DNA of 64,000 nucleotides from Leucoraja ocellata. Its lineage: Eukaryota. Location of the stretch: NCBI GenBank assembly GCA_036785375.1, contig JAWMAR010000399.1:1984001-2048000 (forward strand), written 5' to 3'. The stretch's first letter is position 1. Each line of letters begins with the position of its first letter. Under the pieces are notes generated by a model, which was given only the letters and a program-made list of their open reading frames with translations, ran no database searches and was not told the origin of the DNA. Made by a program: the position numbers and the translations under genes. Positions 48,924 through 61,369 of the stretch are shown piece by piece.

Positions 48924-49903
48924 GTAAGTATTGATTAATTTTACTTTGCACAAATAACAATAAATATTTAACTGGCAATCAGATTCAGCTGGTCAGTAAT
49001 AGATGTTATCCATTGCTTCATACAGAGTTCTTTCTTTAGATGGTAGAGGGCAGGTTTCTGTTTGTTCCAAGATGATCCCAAATCATTTTCTTACAAAGGT
49101 TAGAGAGGGTCCTGACTCCAAACTTGGGCGTGTTCTGTCTAATTTTGTGTCTTGCTCAGAAACAGATCTGATTTACTGAGTGAAGTGAAGTATGACCAGA
49201 ATGCTAACATAACTGGAGTGCCTGTTAATATGAGGAGAGATTGAGAGGGCTACATCACTTGGAAAGATGTTGTTCAGCTGGAAAGAGTGCAGAGAAGATT
49301 TACGAGAGGATGTTGTCAGGACTTGATAGCCTGAGCTTTGGGGAGTGGTTGAGCAGGCTCGGACTTTATTCCTTGCAACACTGGGGGATGTATGGTGATC
49401 TTATTGAGGACTATAAGTTCATGAGGGGAAAAGATAGAGAAGATGCACAGAGTTTTTAGATTTAGTTTTAAAGATACAGTATGGACGCAGGCCCTTTGGC
49501 CCATCGAGTCCGTGCTGACAACGATCACCCATACACGAGTCTTTTACCTTGTGTAAGGGAATCAAGAACCACAACACATGGTTTAAGGTGGGTGGAGAAA
49601 GATTTAAGAGGAACCTGAGAGGCAAATGTTTTCACATAGCGGGTGGTGTGGATATGGAATGAGCTGCCAGCGCAGAGAATAGTAAGATTAAACGAGTACT
49701 TACCAGTGCGAAGTTTGATCTGTATTTTATGAGGAGTTACGATGAGGGATTACGTGAAGAACCCACCCAGTGCGCAGGCGCGGCATACTTCCAAGCAGCG
49801 GTGTGGAATCACAGGTAGACACAATATTTGAAGTAAAGATAGTAAAGATTAAAGAGACATCAGTTTCTAGTTTGATCCATATACTGAGGGTGGGAGCGGA
49901 GGG

Positions 49904-50016
49904 CACGTAATCCCTCATCGTAACTCCTCATAAAATACAGATCAAACTTCGCACTGGTAAGTACTCGTTTAATCTTACTATTTTACTTCGGAGTCACGTG
50001 AGTGACTACGTGAAGA
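49904..50016. repeat. DIRS internal complementary region (circle-junction template)
   Basis: Reverse complement of 49678-49756 fused to the reverse complement of 54445-54480 at ...cttacta|ttttacttc... Confidence 0.92.
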
Positions 50017-50176
50017 CTTCAAAGGTCTGTGATTTCAAACCGTGTAACAGCTATATCACTCGCTGCCGAAGTTATCGAGGGAGGAAGTGGTATCTAAAGA
50101 CCAACGAATCTGTTTGTTTTTTGAAAACAAAAATGTTTATTAAACAATAACAAAAATAGCTCCCTTGGGCTTAAAA

Positions 50177-51100
50177 TTATAAATTTGCAGTTTCTAAAAT
50201 CTTTTCTGCAAACAAATCTTTTTTCATCAGCGGTTTGTTATAGAATATCCGGAACGTCGATTCCCTTGACCATCCTGCTGTACTTAGGATGTGGTCTATG
50301 GGAACATCCATCCGTTCCGCCGCTGACGTAGATGCTGCCCTAATAGAATGGGATTTAAAAACGTCAGTGTTAATCCCTGCAGCTTTCAGGACCTGTTTTA
50401 ACCACCTAGATATAGTTTGGCTGGTTACCCATCCAAAAGGCTTCTTGTGGCTGACCCATAAGGCTTTTTCACTCCCTCTAAGTGTATGGGTTGTGTCTAC
50501 ATAGTTGTATATGTGGGTCACTACACACAGCCTAGGTTCTGGAGGGTAGGCCCGGAAGATTAATGGTGAGTTGGACATACCTGGCCTGCTTTGTTTAACT
50601 AACCCCGGCATAGTGAATGTGATGCAGTCTGGGGTAGTTACCATGTTGTCCAGTCGTAGTTGATGTAGCGACTGGACCCTTTGTGCAGAGACGAGCACAA
50701 TTAGCATAAGTGTCTTGAGTGTAGATTGCTCTAGACTGAGGGATCCCACCGGTGGCCATCCTCTGAGGTTTGATAACACAACACTTATATCCCATACATG
50801 GGTATATCTGGGTGTAGGGGGTTTGTTATTGTAAATCCCCTTGAGGAGTTTTATGACTAGCGGGTGGGACCCTATGCTATGGTGTCCTGTTGGCATGAGA
50901 TAAGCAGACAGGGCACTTCGTGCTGCATTGACGGCACTGTAGCTCATCTTCTGGTCATGGTGTAAGTGGGCCAGGAACTCCAACACGTCGGTGATTGAGG
51001 CTGTCTTATACGACGTCCCTGCGTCCAAGCAGTATTGCTCCCATTTCTTGATATATGTCAGGTACTGCTTCTTGGTTGAGTCTCGCAGGGATGCCGACAT
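50177..51100 (-). CDS. DIRS tyrosine recombinase
   Basis: SAM-like N-terminus (ARSALS); catalytic R (AQRV), HxxR (SHSIR), W (AGW) and Y (FRIFY). Confidence 0.9.
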   Translation of the reverse strand: MSASLRDSTKKQYLTYIKKWEQYCLDAGTSYKTASITDVLEFLAHLHHDQKMSYSAVNAARSALSAYLMPTGHHSIGSHPLVIKLLKGIYNNKPPTPRYTHVWDISVVLSNLRGWPPVGSLSLEQSTLKTLMLIVLVSAQRVQSLHQLRLDNMVTTPDCITFTMPGLVKQSRPGMSNSPLIFRAYPPEPRLCVVTHIYNYVDTTHTLRGSEKALWVSHKKPFGWVTSQTISRWLKQVLKAAGINTDVFKSHSIRAASTSAAERMDVPIDHILSTAGWSRESTFRIFYNKPLMKKDLFAEKILETANL

Positions 51101-51147
51101 GGTGGTGATTGTTCGTTCTGATAGACCCAGTCCCTGGTAAGGCCTGG

Positions 51148-52015
51148 TTAAAACCTACAACCCAGGAGTTTTAAATTTTGATGGCATGGATGACTTATGC
51201 CGGATACTGGGTGAGTCAATAGTTGTGGGTGACTATGAAAGACCATAGGTGACTCAACCACCATGTCGTGAAAGACTGGGAACCATGGTTGGGTAGGCCA
51301 GTCGGGTACGACCAAAATACCTGAAGCAGAGTCTGACTGTATTTTCTGGAGTACCCGACTGATGAGGCAGAAGGGAGGGAAAGCATAGAAGAAGAAATTT
51401 CCCCAATCCAGCGTGAAGGCATCTACCGCTGCTGCCTCTGGGTCTGGTTCCCAAGCCACATACATGGGTAACTGGTGATTCAATCTAGACGCAAACAAAT
51501 CTATATCTGGCGTTCCATATTGCTTAATAATTTTTGCAAACATTTTTGGATCTAACATCCATTCAATGTTATCATTGAATTTTCGTGACCTGGTGTCTGC
51601 CACTGTGTTTAGCTTACCTGGTAGATAGGCAGCTGATAACCAAATATGTCTCTTGACACACCATTGCCAGATTATATTAGCCAATTTGTCGCATGATACT
51701 GATTTTATGCCACCCATGTGCTTGATGTAAGCCACCACCGTTGTATTGTCAATCAGTAACCTAACATGCACGTGCTGCATATTGGATGCATATGCTTTTA
51801 GCCCATAAAAGGCGGCCAGCATTTCCAAATAATTTATGCCTAGTGAGTGTAGTAGCGATGACTCTGAATTAGTCCATCTGCCACCTGTGCTGGATATAGA
51901 GTTAGTAGCTCCCCAGCCTAAAGCACTGGCATCCGTCGTGATGACTATGTTAGGATTAGTGATGACAATGGGACTGTAACTGTGCCAAACGTTTTGTGAC
52001 CACCACTGAAGTTCT
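51148..52015 (-). CDS. DIRS RNase H + DNA adenine methyltransferase-like domain (detached from RT by a frameshift)
   Basis: TDASALGWG, DNTTVVAY, DLFASRLN, YAFPPF and PDWPTQPW motifs. Confidence 0.85.
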
Positions 52016-53084
52016 GAGCTTCAGTGGGTAAATACATTGTTCGGTCATAATGCCCCCTACATTGATGTAGTGCATGTGCCCTTGCTCTTTGCAAATTTTG
52101 ATAATGCAAGGGTCCAAATTGTGTAGCTGGAAATGCTGCTACAATACTTCCAATTACTCTGGCAACATGCCGGATCCTTGGTTGTTTATTTGCGATTAAA
52201 TTATTGCATGCTTGTGCTAATGCAACCTTTTTATCCCTTGGCAGAGTAACAGTCATGTGGATAGAATCAATGGTGAAGCCTAGATAGTCCATATTAGTTG
52301 ATGGCTTCAATTTTGATTTATCTGGGTGTAGAACAAATCCCAACGTTTCAAGGAGCTGTTTGGTAGCTAAAACTGCTGTGACAGCTAATTCCTTGGTTCT
52401 TCCCAATATGAGAATATCGTCCAGATAAGCCATGACTAGGTATTGTTGTTCTCTTAATATTTTCATGGCTACTTTAAGAATTTTGGTAAATAATCTGGGA
52501 GCTGTCGTTAAGCCATTGGGCAGTGCTCTATACTGCCATAGTTGCCCCATCCAGATAAATTTCAGGTATCTAAAATGATCCTTGTGAATGGGTACTAAAT
52601 AGTAAGCATCTTTGATATCTATGCTTGCCATGAAGTATCCCTTGGAGATCAGTTGTCTGGCAGTGACAAATGTCTCCATTTTGAAATGTAGATACTCAAC
52701 AGATTGATTTAGTGATGTTAGATCAATGATGATGCGACATCCACCATCTTTTTTGGTTTTAGTAAATATATTTGATACAAATTCCAATGGCTCATGTCTG
52801 GTCCTTTCAATGACTCCTTTAGACATGAGCCTTTCTAGTTCAGCCTGTCCTTCCTGCTTCTCTTTTTCAGTGGGAAGGAATACCCTTTGGGGTATATGCT
52901 GAACCGGCGGTATTATGCCTGTTTTAAATTCAATTTTGTATCCACTAATACTGTTGAGTATGTATTTGTTGTTAGTGATAGTACACCAAACATGTTTGAA
53001 CAAACGTAAACGCCCTCCTGTTAGTAAAACACCCTTAGTCTGTGTATGTTGACAGGAACCAGACCCACCTACCTCCAAGTTCAT
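51945..53084 (-). CDS. DIRS reverse transcriptase
   Basis: KKDGGCRIIIDL, DIKDAY, LPNGL and YLDD motifs; the ATG overlaps the gag stop (ATGA). Confidence 0.9.
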   Translation of the reverse strand: MNLEVGGSGSCQHTQTKGVLLTGGRLRLFKHVWCTITNNKYILNSISGYKIEFKTGIIPPVQHIPQRVFLPTEKEKQEGQAELERLMSKGVIERTRHEPLEFVSNIFTKTKKDGGCRIIIDLTSLNQSVEYLHFKMETFVTARQLISKGYFMASIDIKDAYYLVPIHKDHFRYLKFIWMGQLWQYRALPNGLTTAPRLFTKILKVAMKILREQQYLVMAYLDDILILGRTKELAVTAVLATKQLLETLGFVLHPDKSKLKPSTNMDYLGFTIDSIHMTVTLPRDKKVALAQACNNLIANKQPRIRHVARVIGSIVAAFPATQFGPLHYQNLQRARAHALHQCRGHYDRTMYLPTEAQNFSGGHKTFGTVTVPLSSLILT

Positions 53085-54463
53085 TTTTGGGAGCGTCTCC
53101 GTTGGTGGGTTTGGTTCGAGGGCGTTCTTGTTGGTGCTGTCACGGGGCGGCGTATCTTCCCACGGCTCCGCTCTGGTCCCCTCTCTAAAAAAGAGCTGTG
53201 GGGGTAGTGAGGAGCGGTCGCCAGGCTTTCACCAGTCCGGTATCTGCTGGTGGATGCCGAGGGGTGCTGCCAACTGGGTGTCTTCGCCCTGCTCGGCGCT
53301 GGTCCTGCCCTCATGAGGCCCACAGGTTTGGCAGCCTCTTCGAGTTCTTTCAGCCTTTTCCCCAGGTCAGCCCCAAATAGCAGTGCCTCTTTCTCTGGCG
53401 CAGGGGCTCTACATAGCCCCGCATATTTGGGGTTGAGGGCAGGCCTAATGTTTTCCCGCCTCAAGTTGTTCATCTCGAAGTGGGTGTTGCACATCAGTGC
53501 AAGGACATCCTGTTGGGGTGTAGTGAGGTCCATATTCTCAGCGGACCGAGCAAAGGCGGTGATGGCTGCGGTATGGAGCTTCAAGATGCGCTGCATCTTT
53601 AGCTCTTGGCTCCTTATGTGTTGGCCTAGCTGGCTCCATATTTGGCCATTGACGGTCTTGACCCGCAGCGCCTCACAGTTCTCGGGTGCCGTATAGGTGT
53701 CGAGTGCCTCTTGGAGTACTTTCTCCTGGAGGGGCTTGTTGGAGAGCCGGTTTATACTTGCCGCCATTTTCGGGTTCAGCATTCTCCCGGCCCTCGGGGG
53801 CGCCGCATATCTGTCGACCACACCCAGCAGCTCTTCTTCCTCCTGCTCCCCTGGCATACTTGCACAGTCGTCCGTCTGCCCATGTGATAAGCCAGCCCAG
53901 TCCTGGCCTCCCTTGCTGACCTCAAACAAGGAGGAAGCAGAGGGGTGAGGTGACATTTTGGAGGAGGCCTCAGCCCGTCCTCCATGGTGATGCTTTGCCT
54001 GCATCTCCTGCTCGAGCATTTGCTCAAGGAGCTGCCTCATGCAGCTTAAGCGGCTGTCTCCCCGTTTAGCCGGTGGAGAGCGTTCCCGTTCCTCCGACGA
54101 GTCGGAGACCACCGGCCGGTCCGTTTTACGGGTGGATTTCCTCCCTGTGCGAGGTGTTGAAGTCGGCGGCACAGGGAGCGGCTCGGGGTCGGGTGTACGG
54201 GAGCGTTCAAATTGCTCCTCCGCCGCCAGTGGCTGCCGCCCAGATGTCGAATCTTCCTCGGGGGGAGTTGGGCAGGCAGTCCGTTTAGTTGGTCGCTTGT
54301 GGGTTGCCATGCTAGCGACTCTCTGCAATACAAAAGACTCACTTACCTGAGGTCTTGTCTTTATCCTGCAGCTGGAGAGCCTGGCTCCAGCTGCCGCCGC
54401 TGTTGCGCTGCTGGCGTAATGCCGCGCCTGCGCACTGGGTGGGTTCTTCACGTAGTCACTCAC
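53081..54463 (-). CDS. DIRS ORF1 (gag-like); true start probably downstream, near MATHKRP
   Basis: 460-aa open frame 5' of RT; homologous to the decayed ORF at 61319-61854. Confidence 0.75.
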   Translation of the reverse strand: MSDYVKNPPSAQARHYASSATAAAAGARLSSCRIKTRPQVSESFVLQRVASMATHKRPTKRTACPTPPEEDSTSGRQPLAAEEQFERSRTPDPEPLPVPPTSTPRTGRKSTRKTDRPVVSDSSEERERSPPAKRGDSRLSCMRQLLEQMLEQEMQAKHHHGGRAEASSKMSPHPSASSLFEVSKGGQDWAGLSHGQTDDCASMPGEQEEEELLGVVDRYAAPPRAGRMLNPKMAASINRLSNKPLQEKVLQEALDTYTAPENCEALRVKTVNGQIWSQLGQHIRSQELKMQRILKLHTAAITAFARSAENMDLTTPQQDVLALMCNTHFEMNNLRRENIRPALNPKYAGLCRAPAPEKEALLFGADLGKRLKELEEAAKPVGLMRAGPAPSRAKTPSWQHPSASTSRYRTGESLATAPHYPHSSFLERGPERSRGKIRRPVTAPTRTPSNQTHQRRRSQK

Positions 54464-54769
54464 GTGACTCCGAAGTAAAATTAAAGCACAAACTACAGCA
54501 ACATTTAAAAGACATTCAGACAGGGATAAGCACAGAAGAAGTTTTGAGGGACATAGGAAACGTGGGCAGATGGGACTAGTGTAGATGGGGTAGTTTGGGC
54601 TTCATGAGCATTTCGGGTTGAGAAGACCATTTTTTGCTCTATGACTGTGAGAGTGATATGGGACAGAGATAAATACTTTAAAATTGTGTTCTTTAGATGT
54701 CCACATGTAAACGGATTATCCTGCTGTGGAGATATAATGTTAAATGCTGTTTACATACAGGATCTATAG

Positions 54770-55490
54770 ATCACCCCTTATCCTCCAGTGCTCCAAGGAA
54801 TAAAGTCCAAACCTGCTCAACCTCTCCCTATAGCTCAGGCCCTCGAGTCCTAGCAACATCGTCGTACTTCTTTCTGCACACCTTCCAGCTTTACAACATT
54901 TCCCCTATAACAGAGTGACCAAAACTGAATAATACTCCAAAAGTAGCCTCAGTAATGTCTTATATAACTGTAACATGACCTCCCAACTTCTGTACTCAAT
55001 ATCCTGTCTGATGAAGGCCAATTTGCCTAAAGCCTTTTTGGCCCCCATATCTACCTGTGACGCCACATTCAAGGAACTATGTACCTTCACTCCTAGATCC
55101 CTTTGGTCTACAATTCAGTGCATTTTTCCTGCCCTTGTTTGACTTTCCAAAATCCAACACCTCACATTTCTCTGTATTCAATTATAAATCCCATGAAACA
55201 TTTACTCACCAACCGGCTCTTTCAATCAAGATCCTACTGCATTATTTGACAACCATCTTCACTATCTACAATAACACCCACTTTAGTGTCATCTGCTAAT
55301 GTGATAGTCATGCTTTATGCTCATCTATATCATTTCTTATGGATGCCTAACAGCAATTGGCCCCGCACCGAAACCCCAGGCACACCACTAGTCACAGGCC
55401 TCCAGCCTGAAAAGCTACATTCCTCATTCACCCTCTACTTCTTTCCTTGAAGCCAATTTGTTATCCATTCAGCTATCTCCCCTTAGATCA
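54770..55490 (-). mobile_element. Degenerate CR1 ORF2 fragment
   Basis: ORF 54905-55090 (IEYRSWEVMLQLYKTL). Confidence 0.75.
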
Positions 55491-56215
55491 CAAAAGTAAG
55501 TGTCATTGTTTTGGAAGAACTACATCTCATATTCCACCTCGGTACCTAACAACCCAACGTAATGAATATTGAATTCAGGTAACCCACACGACCTTCCTTC
55601 TTCTCCCACAAACACTCACTAGTCAATCCATTTTTCTTCTGCTTTTATCCATCATTCCTATCACCACTCCCTCTATCTGTCCTCCACGTGGCTGAACTGC
55701 CCATCATTCTCTCCCCATCTCATTCCACTAATTAAGTTCCAACTTCTGTCCCACCCTAACCTGTACCGCAGTATGTTGGCTATCGTACTTCTTTCCTCTC
55801 AGTTAAGATAGAGGGATGCGTTCAGTAACATCAGACACATTCAATCTAGACAGTGAATAAACAATTTCATCAGGCCATCTGTTGTTTCACTATTCACAAA
55901 TGCCTGTCCATTCCCCTGATCACACAAACTCTACCTCACTGGAGTAAAGAGAGTGTCCTCGCTGCAAAACCAGAACCCTCCTCCCACAGCCAAAGCATTG
56001 TCTTTCACACCAATTCTTATCTTCCTTAATACAGATACAACCAGAGTGTGAATTACAACTGTTGTTGATTGCAATTGTCTGAAAATCAACAAAAGACAGT
56101 CACCGAAATCAGATTGAAAGAAATGCTTTTTTCCATGTAATTTGTTCTGTCATTTTCCATTCACCAACTCTTTCTCATGTTTTCACATTCCTACCTACAA
56201 CGGTGTCTTCTCCAG

Positions 56216-56245
56216 CACCTGAAACAACGACAACTTCAACAACAG
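56216..56245 (+). CDS. Mucin-like micro-exon, 30 nt, xPETTTTSTT
   Basis: gtcttctccag|CACCTGAAACAACGACAACTTCAACAACAG|gtatgg. Confidence 0.8.
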
Positions 56246-57769
56246 GTATGGAATTTCACAGCATATTGTCACTTGTTCCCACCTCCACAATTAATTTGCA
56301 ACATACAATTATATCTCATCTCCTTCCAGTGAATACAGTCAGACTGCTGTCTCCCCTAGTCAAACTAAGTTAACGACTGTCCAGCAATTGTTTACATGGA
56401 GTCACGCATTTCTGCTAAACTTTGCTTCTTTGCAGTGAATGAGACCATGAAGGGATCTTCACCCTGTTGACTGGGGAGTGGCCATGTTGACTGGGGAGTG
56501 GCCATTTCCCTCCAAAACCATCAGTAATCATTAGGGTTGGAAGAGTGTGGTTGAGGCTCGACTGAAAATGGTGCCTAACATGTGAGCTCATCCAGTGGGA
56601 ACTGAAGGCATTTTAAACCTGGCCTGAACGGGACAGCTGCTGCTGCTGGCCTACCAGCCCAAAGTGAGATGGCAGCAAGTAGCAATGAACAAGATCCACT
56701 CCTAGTCAACCAATTCTCTTCGCAGAAATTGGACATGCACCATTTACCAATAACCCAAACACAGATAAACTACTTTTGACAGCTATTTACTGTGTGGGGA
56801 AACTAAAACTAACATTGGGCAGGTCAGCCCACGAGTTAGTGCATCTTATGGATTGAAACTACTGTTGCTGGAGATAAATGTGGCATCAATTGTCTGCCTT
56901 CCTGCTCCAGTCTGGGTGAAAATGTGTATCCACCAGAATCTGACAGGCCTCCCATCACCACTCTGTTGGGGGATTAACCTTCGCTCCCACCAAATATGTG
57001 GAAATACAGCCCGGATTCAGCATCTCCTAATTGTAACCAAATCATCTTCATGACATGTTATTCATCAAAGATGTAATTGCCCCCCAGACCTTCAATGTGT
57101 AAGGTACCATGGTTATGGGGAGAAGACAGGAGAATGGGGTTGAGAGGGAAAGATAGATCAGCCATGATAGAATAGCGGATTAGACTCGATGGGCCAAATG
57201 GCCTACTTCTGCTCCTATGACTTCTGAATTTATGAACTATGAAAAGTTAAGAGTGTTTAATTGTCAAATGAATAATGAAATTCTTACTTGCAGCAGCATA
57301 AGTAATTGTTCCTCATCTTCAACCCATGAGAACATGAAAACATGAATCAGCAGAAGAAGTCAGCACGCAGGTCTTTCAGTTTCTGCCAGTCATTCATCAA
57401 GATAATGGCTAATATAGCAACCCAGAATCTACATCAGAATATGCATAGACATACCGAATCTCCTCAATCTTTGAAGAAAGAAGAGGTATTGATGGACATT
57501 GTTGAAGATTACATCAATATACTGGGCCCAGGACAGATCTTCAGAGATATGCATGCCCAGTAACTTGAAAGAGTTTACTCTCTCCATCATTATTGCAGAA
57601 GGTAGCGCCAGTGAGATTTGAGCCGGCATTGATCGATTGTGTTGGTAGGTAATTGTAGTGGGTTCAGGTCTTCACCAAGGTGGGTGTTGATATGCACCAA
57701 AACCAACCACTCAAAGCACTTCTTCATCACGAGATTAGTGCCACTGTTTAGTGGTCATTGAGACATGTT

Positions 57770-58045
57770 TAGTTCAGTTAAGCTTAGATGAGTTTAATTT
57801 AGTTCAGTTTTAATTTAGTCCCAGTGACCAGCGATCACCTGTACACTATTTCTACCCCACATGCCAGGGACAATTTATAGAAGCCAATTCATGTACGAAT
57901 CGGCAGGTCTTTGGAATGTGGGAAGAAACACACATGGTCACAGGGAGAACATTCAATCTCCGGACAGACACTAAATGTAGTCAGGATCTAATCCGGGTGT
58001 ATGGCGTTGTAAGGCAACATCTCTGTGGCTGCACCACTGTGTCGC
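57770..58045 (-). mobile_element. Diverged HE1/V-SINE-like element
   Basis: tgtgggaagaaac...ggtcacagggagaac...cagaca core. Confidence 0.6.
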
Positions 58046-58926
58046 CCTCTGTACTCTTCTTGTCATGGTACTCTTCTAGGGCCCGAGTATTATTGAAGCC
58101 CTTTGAAGCAGATAGGAACCTCAGACCTTAATAATGACACATTCAAGATGTCCGCAAAATCTCCTGCGAGTTGGTTGGCTTAGTTACTTGGTTCACCCTC
58201 GTGATGCATCTTCTGACGCCGGCCTTGGTGAATGAAAATACGATGCCATTGGAAGCTCTGGGTGCTCGAGAAGACACGTCCGTGTTCAACATTTCAAATC
58301 GAGCGTAGAATGCAACAAGCCTAACCGGGAATGATGCCACACTCTCGCTTGAGCTGCCACATGGTTTTGTGAAGGCGTGCGAGCCCTGCCACAGTTGCTG
58401 AATATCCATCTCATCTTCCAGTTTGGAGCAAAATTGTCTTTCCAAAGCATCCTTCCACTGAATTGATCAAGGGTGGAAATGGAATGTATTACTGTTTTTC
58501 AACCATGCATGCTTATACATTTCCCTTGCCTCAGTGATGCTCAATAAACTTAACATACAGTAAGTAAAACACCATCTGAGTTCAATCTCCTGTACTGACT
58601 ATGCAATCATAAGGAGCAACTGAATAAAGATGCAGAGAAAGTATTACACATTAAGGTCACCCTTATTCTTCTTTGCTCCAAGGATTACGGTCCTGGCCTG
58701 CCTGGCCTCTCACTACAGTTCAGGCCCACAGGTCCCGGCACCATCCTTGTTAATCTTCTCAGCACCGTTTCCAGCTTAACACATCATTACTGTAGTAGGG
58801 AAACATTTTACAATAATGGCTTGAAGTTTCCAATTCAATATCCTGAGGACTGTTAACTATGAACTGAGGCAAAATTAATTGATATTGCACTGCGCCTATT
58901 CACACAAACTAATGTCTTCCGTCCAG

Positions 58927-58953
58927 CATCAACATCGACCACAACTTCAACAA
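58927..58953 (+). CDS. Micro-exon, 27 nt, (A)STSTTTST, weakened donor
   Basis: ttccgtccag|CATCAACATCGACCACAACTTCAACAA|gtgaag (paralogue 44115 has gtaagtga). Confidence 0.5.
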
Positions 58954-60773
58954 GTGAAGAACAACACATTAACACTTTGCATTAACTTGGGAACAACTAT
59001 TCCCAGGATGTTAACTTGTTGCTTTTGATGAAGTGGAGGAATTTTAATACTTTCAGTCAAAATCTTAATATAATCTTATCTTAACCTTTCTGAGGTTGTT
59101 GTAAACTTGGGAATTATGAAATGAGTGGCAAAAATTCTGCTCTATGTCATAATTTTACTGAAATAAAATTTGAGATCTACACAAATGAGACATGACAGGG
59201 CACAGCTGTCAGGTGAGTGGGGGAGTTTAATGAAGATGTTCAGGGCAAATTTTTTAACCAAGATAGTGGGGGCTGGAAGTCGGGACACATTGCCAGGAGT
59301 CGTGGTGGAGGCATACACTATAGTGCCGTTTAAGAGGCTTTTTGATTGGCACATTGAAGTACAGGGAAGAGAAGGATTGAATTGCTAATCAGCAAAACCG
59401 TTGATTGGTTGTAGCAAGTGAACTTCAGGTCAGGTCAGATACAAGAACTTTAAAAAGCCCGTCCATGGATAGGTCTGTAAAATAAGAAAATTTTAACCCA
59501 GAGAGTTGTGAATTTGTGGAATTCCCTGCCACAGAGGGCAGTGGAGGCCGAATCACTGGATGGATTTAAGAGAGAGTTAGATAGAACTCTAGGGGCTAGT
59601 GGAATAAAGGGATATGGGGAGAAAGCAGGCACGGGTCATTGATTGGGAACGATCAGCCATGATCACAATGAATGGCGGTGCTGGCTCGAAGGGCCGAATG
59701 GCCTCCTCCTGCACCTATTTTTTCTATGTTTCTAGAGGAGCATACTAGACCTTGAAATTAGCCTAGCCAGGTTACAGGTGTAACAGCCTTAGAATATTTT
59801 GGGATCAGTGATCACAACTCCATAAGTTTTAATGTGGAAACATGGAACTACAGATGCCGGATATGTTTTAAGTTTGTTGTGAAGAGTGATAAGTCTGGAC
59901 CTTGCGGGAAGGTACTAAATTGCGAGAATTGCAGATTACAGCAACATTTAGCAGGAGCTAGGGTGAGTAAAGTGAGCCGCTGTCATTGTGCAAGTACTCA
60001 TCTGACCGATGGGAGACACACACTGGCAAGTTGATCAGTGTTTAAGACCAGCATGTTTCAATAAGGAGGAAGGATAAGGATGGCAATGGAAGGGAACCTT
60101 GGCTGATCACAGAGGTTGTAACAGCTCAAAAGAAAAATGAACTTTGTGTAAGGATTAGAAAGAAGAAATCGGACAAGTACTTTGAGGAATATAAAGCAAT
60201 CAGGAAATAAATCACACTGGCAATAGGTGAAAAAATATCCCAAGGCTTTGTATACATCCATGAAAATCAATAGGGTAACAAGGGAAACAGTAGGACTGAT
60301 CATGGATAAAGAAGGGAATTTTTGCTTGTAGTCAGAGGATGTATACGAGGTAGTGAACGAGTACTTTGCATCAACGGTGTTTTCATGGTCCCTTATGTTT
60401 GTAAGCAGGAGCACAAAAATGTTTCTTGAATATAAATTGACTTTACAGAAAACTATCAACGTTCTGTTGATACCTATTCAAGTACAAATATACCAATGAT
60501 GTTCTCAAATATTCATATTCATCTCAAATTTAAGTAAGTGAACAGAGCAATGCAGATGGTGAAGAAGCAGTGGGAAAGTGATCTTGGAAAAGAAAGGCGC
60601 ATTCAACAATTTTCTCGATATAATTCTGAACTTTTGTTACCAAAACTGTGCAATCTTTTGCAATGTTATGGAAGTGTAGCAACCACGAGGAAAGATAGAC
60701 CAGTAGACAGATGGACAGGATTGGGATGAAATTTTACACTCCACACTGACATGGTCAATTTTCTCATTTCCAG

Positions 60774-60803
60774 CATCGACAACAACTCCGACTTCAACAA
60801 CAG
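60774..60803 (+). CDS. Mucin-like micro-exon, 30 nt, xSTTTPTSTT
   Basis: catttccag|CATCGACAACAACTCCGACTTCAACAACAG|gtatgg. Confidence 0.8.
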
Positions 60804-61088
60804 GTATGGTATCAGCTGGGCCACAGCAGGTTGTTATCATTCATGTATACGGACCAACAGACTGATCTTCCACAAAGCCACTGCGATGCTTTATTTTAGA
60901 CCTTCATTACAGTGTGAAGTACTACGTTCCTTTCACCTCCCATACCAAGAGCCGCATTGAATAGTGTGGAATCTTTGCATGTGTTACCTTTATCATGGGT
61001 TTATTTAACTCCAAACAACTCTCCCAATTATCGACGGTGCAATTGCTCAGCATCCTCAGGAACTAAAACAAAAAATCTTTATTTACAA

Positions 61089-61124
61089 CATCAACACTTC
61101 AGACAACTACTTCGACTTCAACAG
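61089..61124 (+). pseudogene. Decayed 36-nt micro-exon (ASTLQTTTSTST), acceptor AG>AA
   Basis: tttatttacaa|CATCAACACTTCAGACAACTACTTCGACTTCAACAG|gtaata. Confidence 0.6.
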
Positions 61125-61369
61125 GTAATAAGTTTGCAATAAAAAATTGTGATTTGCATGATCCTCCCGTCTCTGCACTGTTCAATTTCCAAATATCCCA
61201 CTCATGAACATGGACACTTAAGATGTAAATTAATTAAACCAGCAGTGTGGACATATTTCATAATCATAAAACCTACTGCACTAATAATTTAATGTTTTTT
61301 TAGGAAGTCAAACTGGCTTTATCCATTGATACATAGACTAGTTGGATGGGAATTTTCATTCTGGGTCCT

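Larger units (their letters stand above)
49678..54480 (-). mobile_element. DIRS1-like tyrosine-recombinase retrotransposon, full length, inserted in an old CR1 3' fragment
   Basis: Inverted termini; internal complementary region 49904-50016 matching both ends; gag, RT, RNase H/methyltransferase-like and YR ORFs. Confidence 0.95.

Noticed and set aside
51148-51828. Standalone DNA adenine methyltransferase (with the neighbouring YR as a phage integrase) indicating horizontal transfer
   Set aside because: Both are standard DIRS domains inside the element's termini
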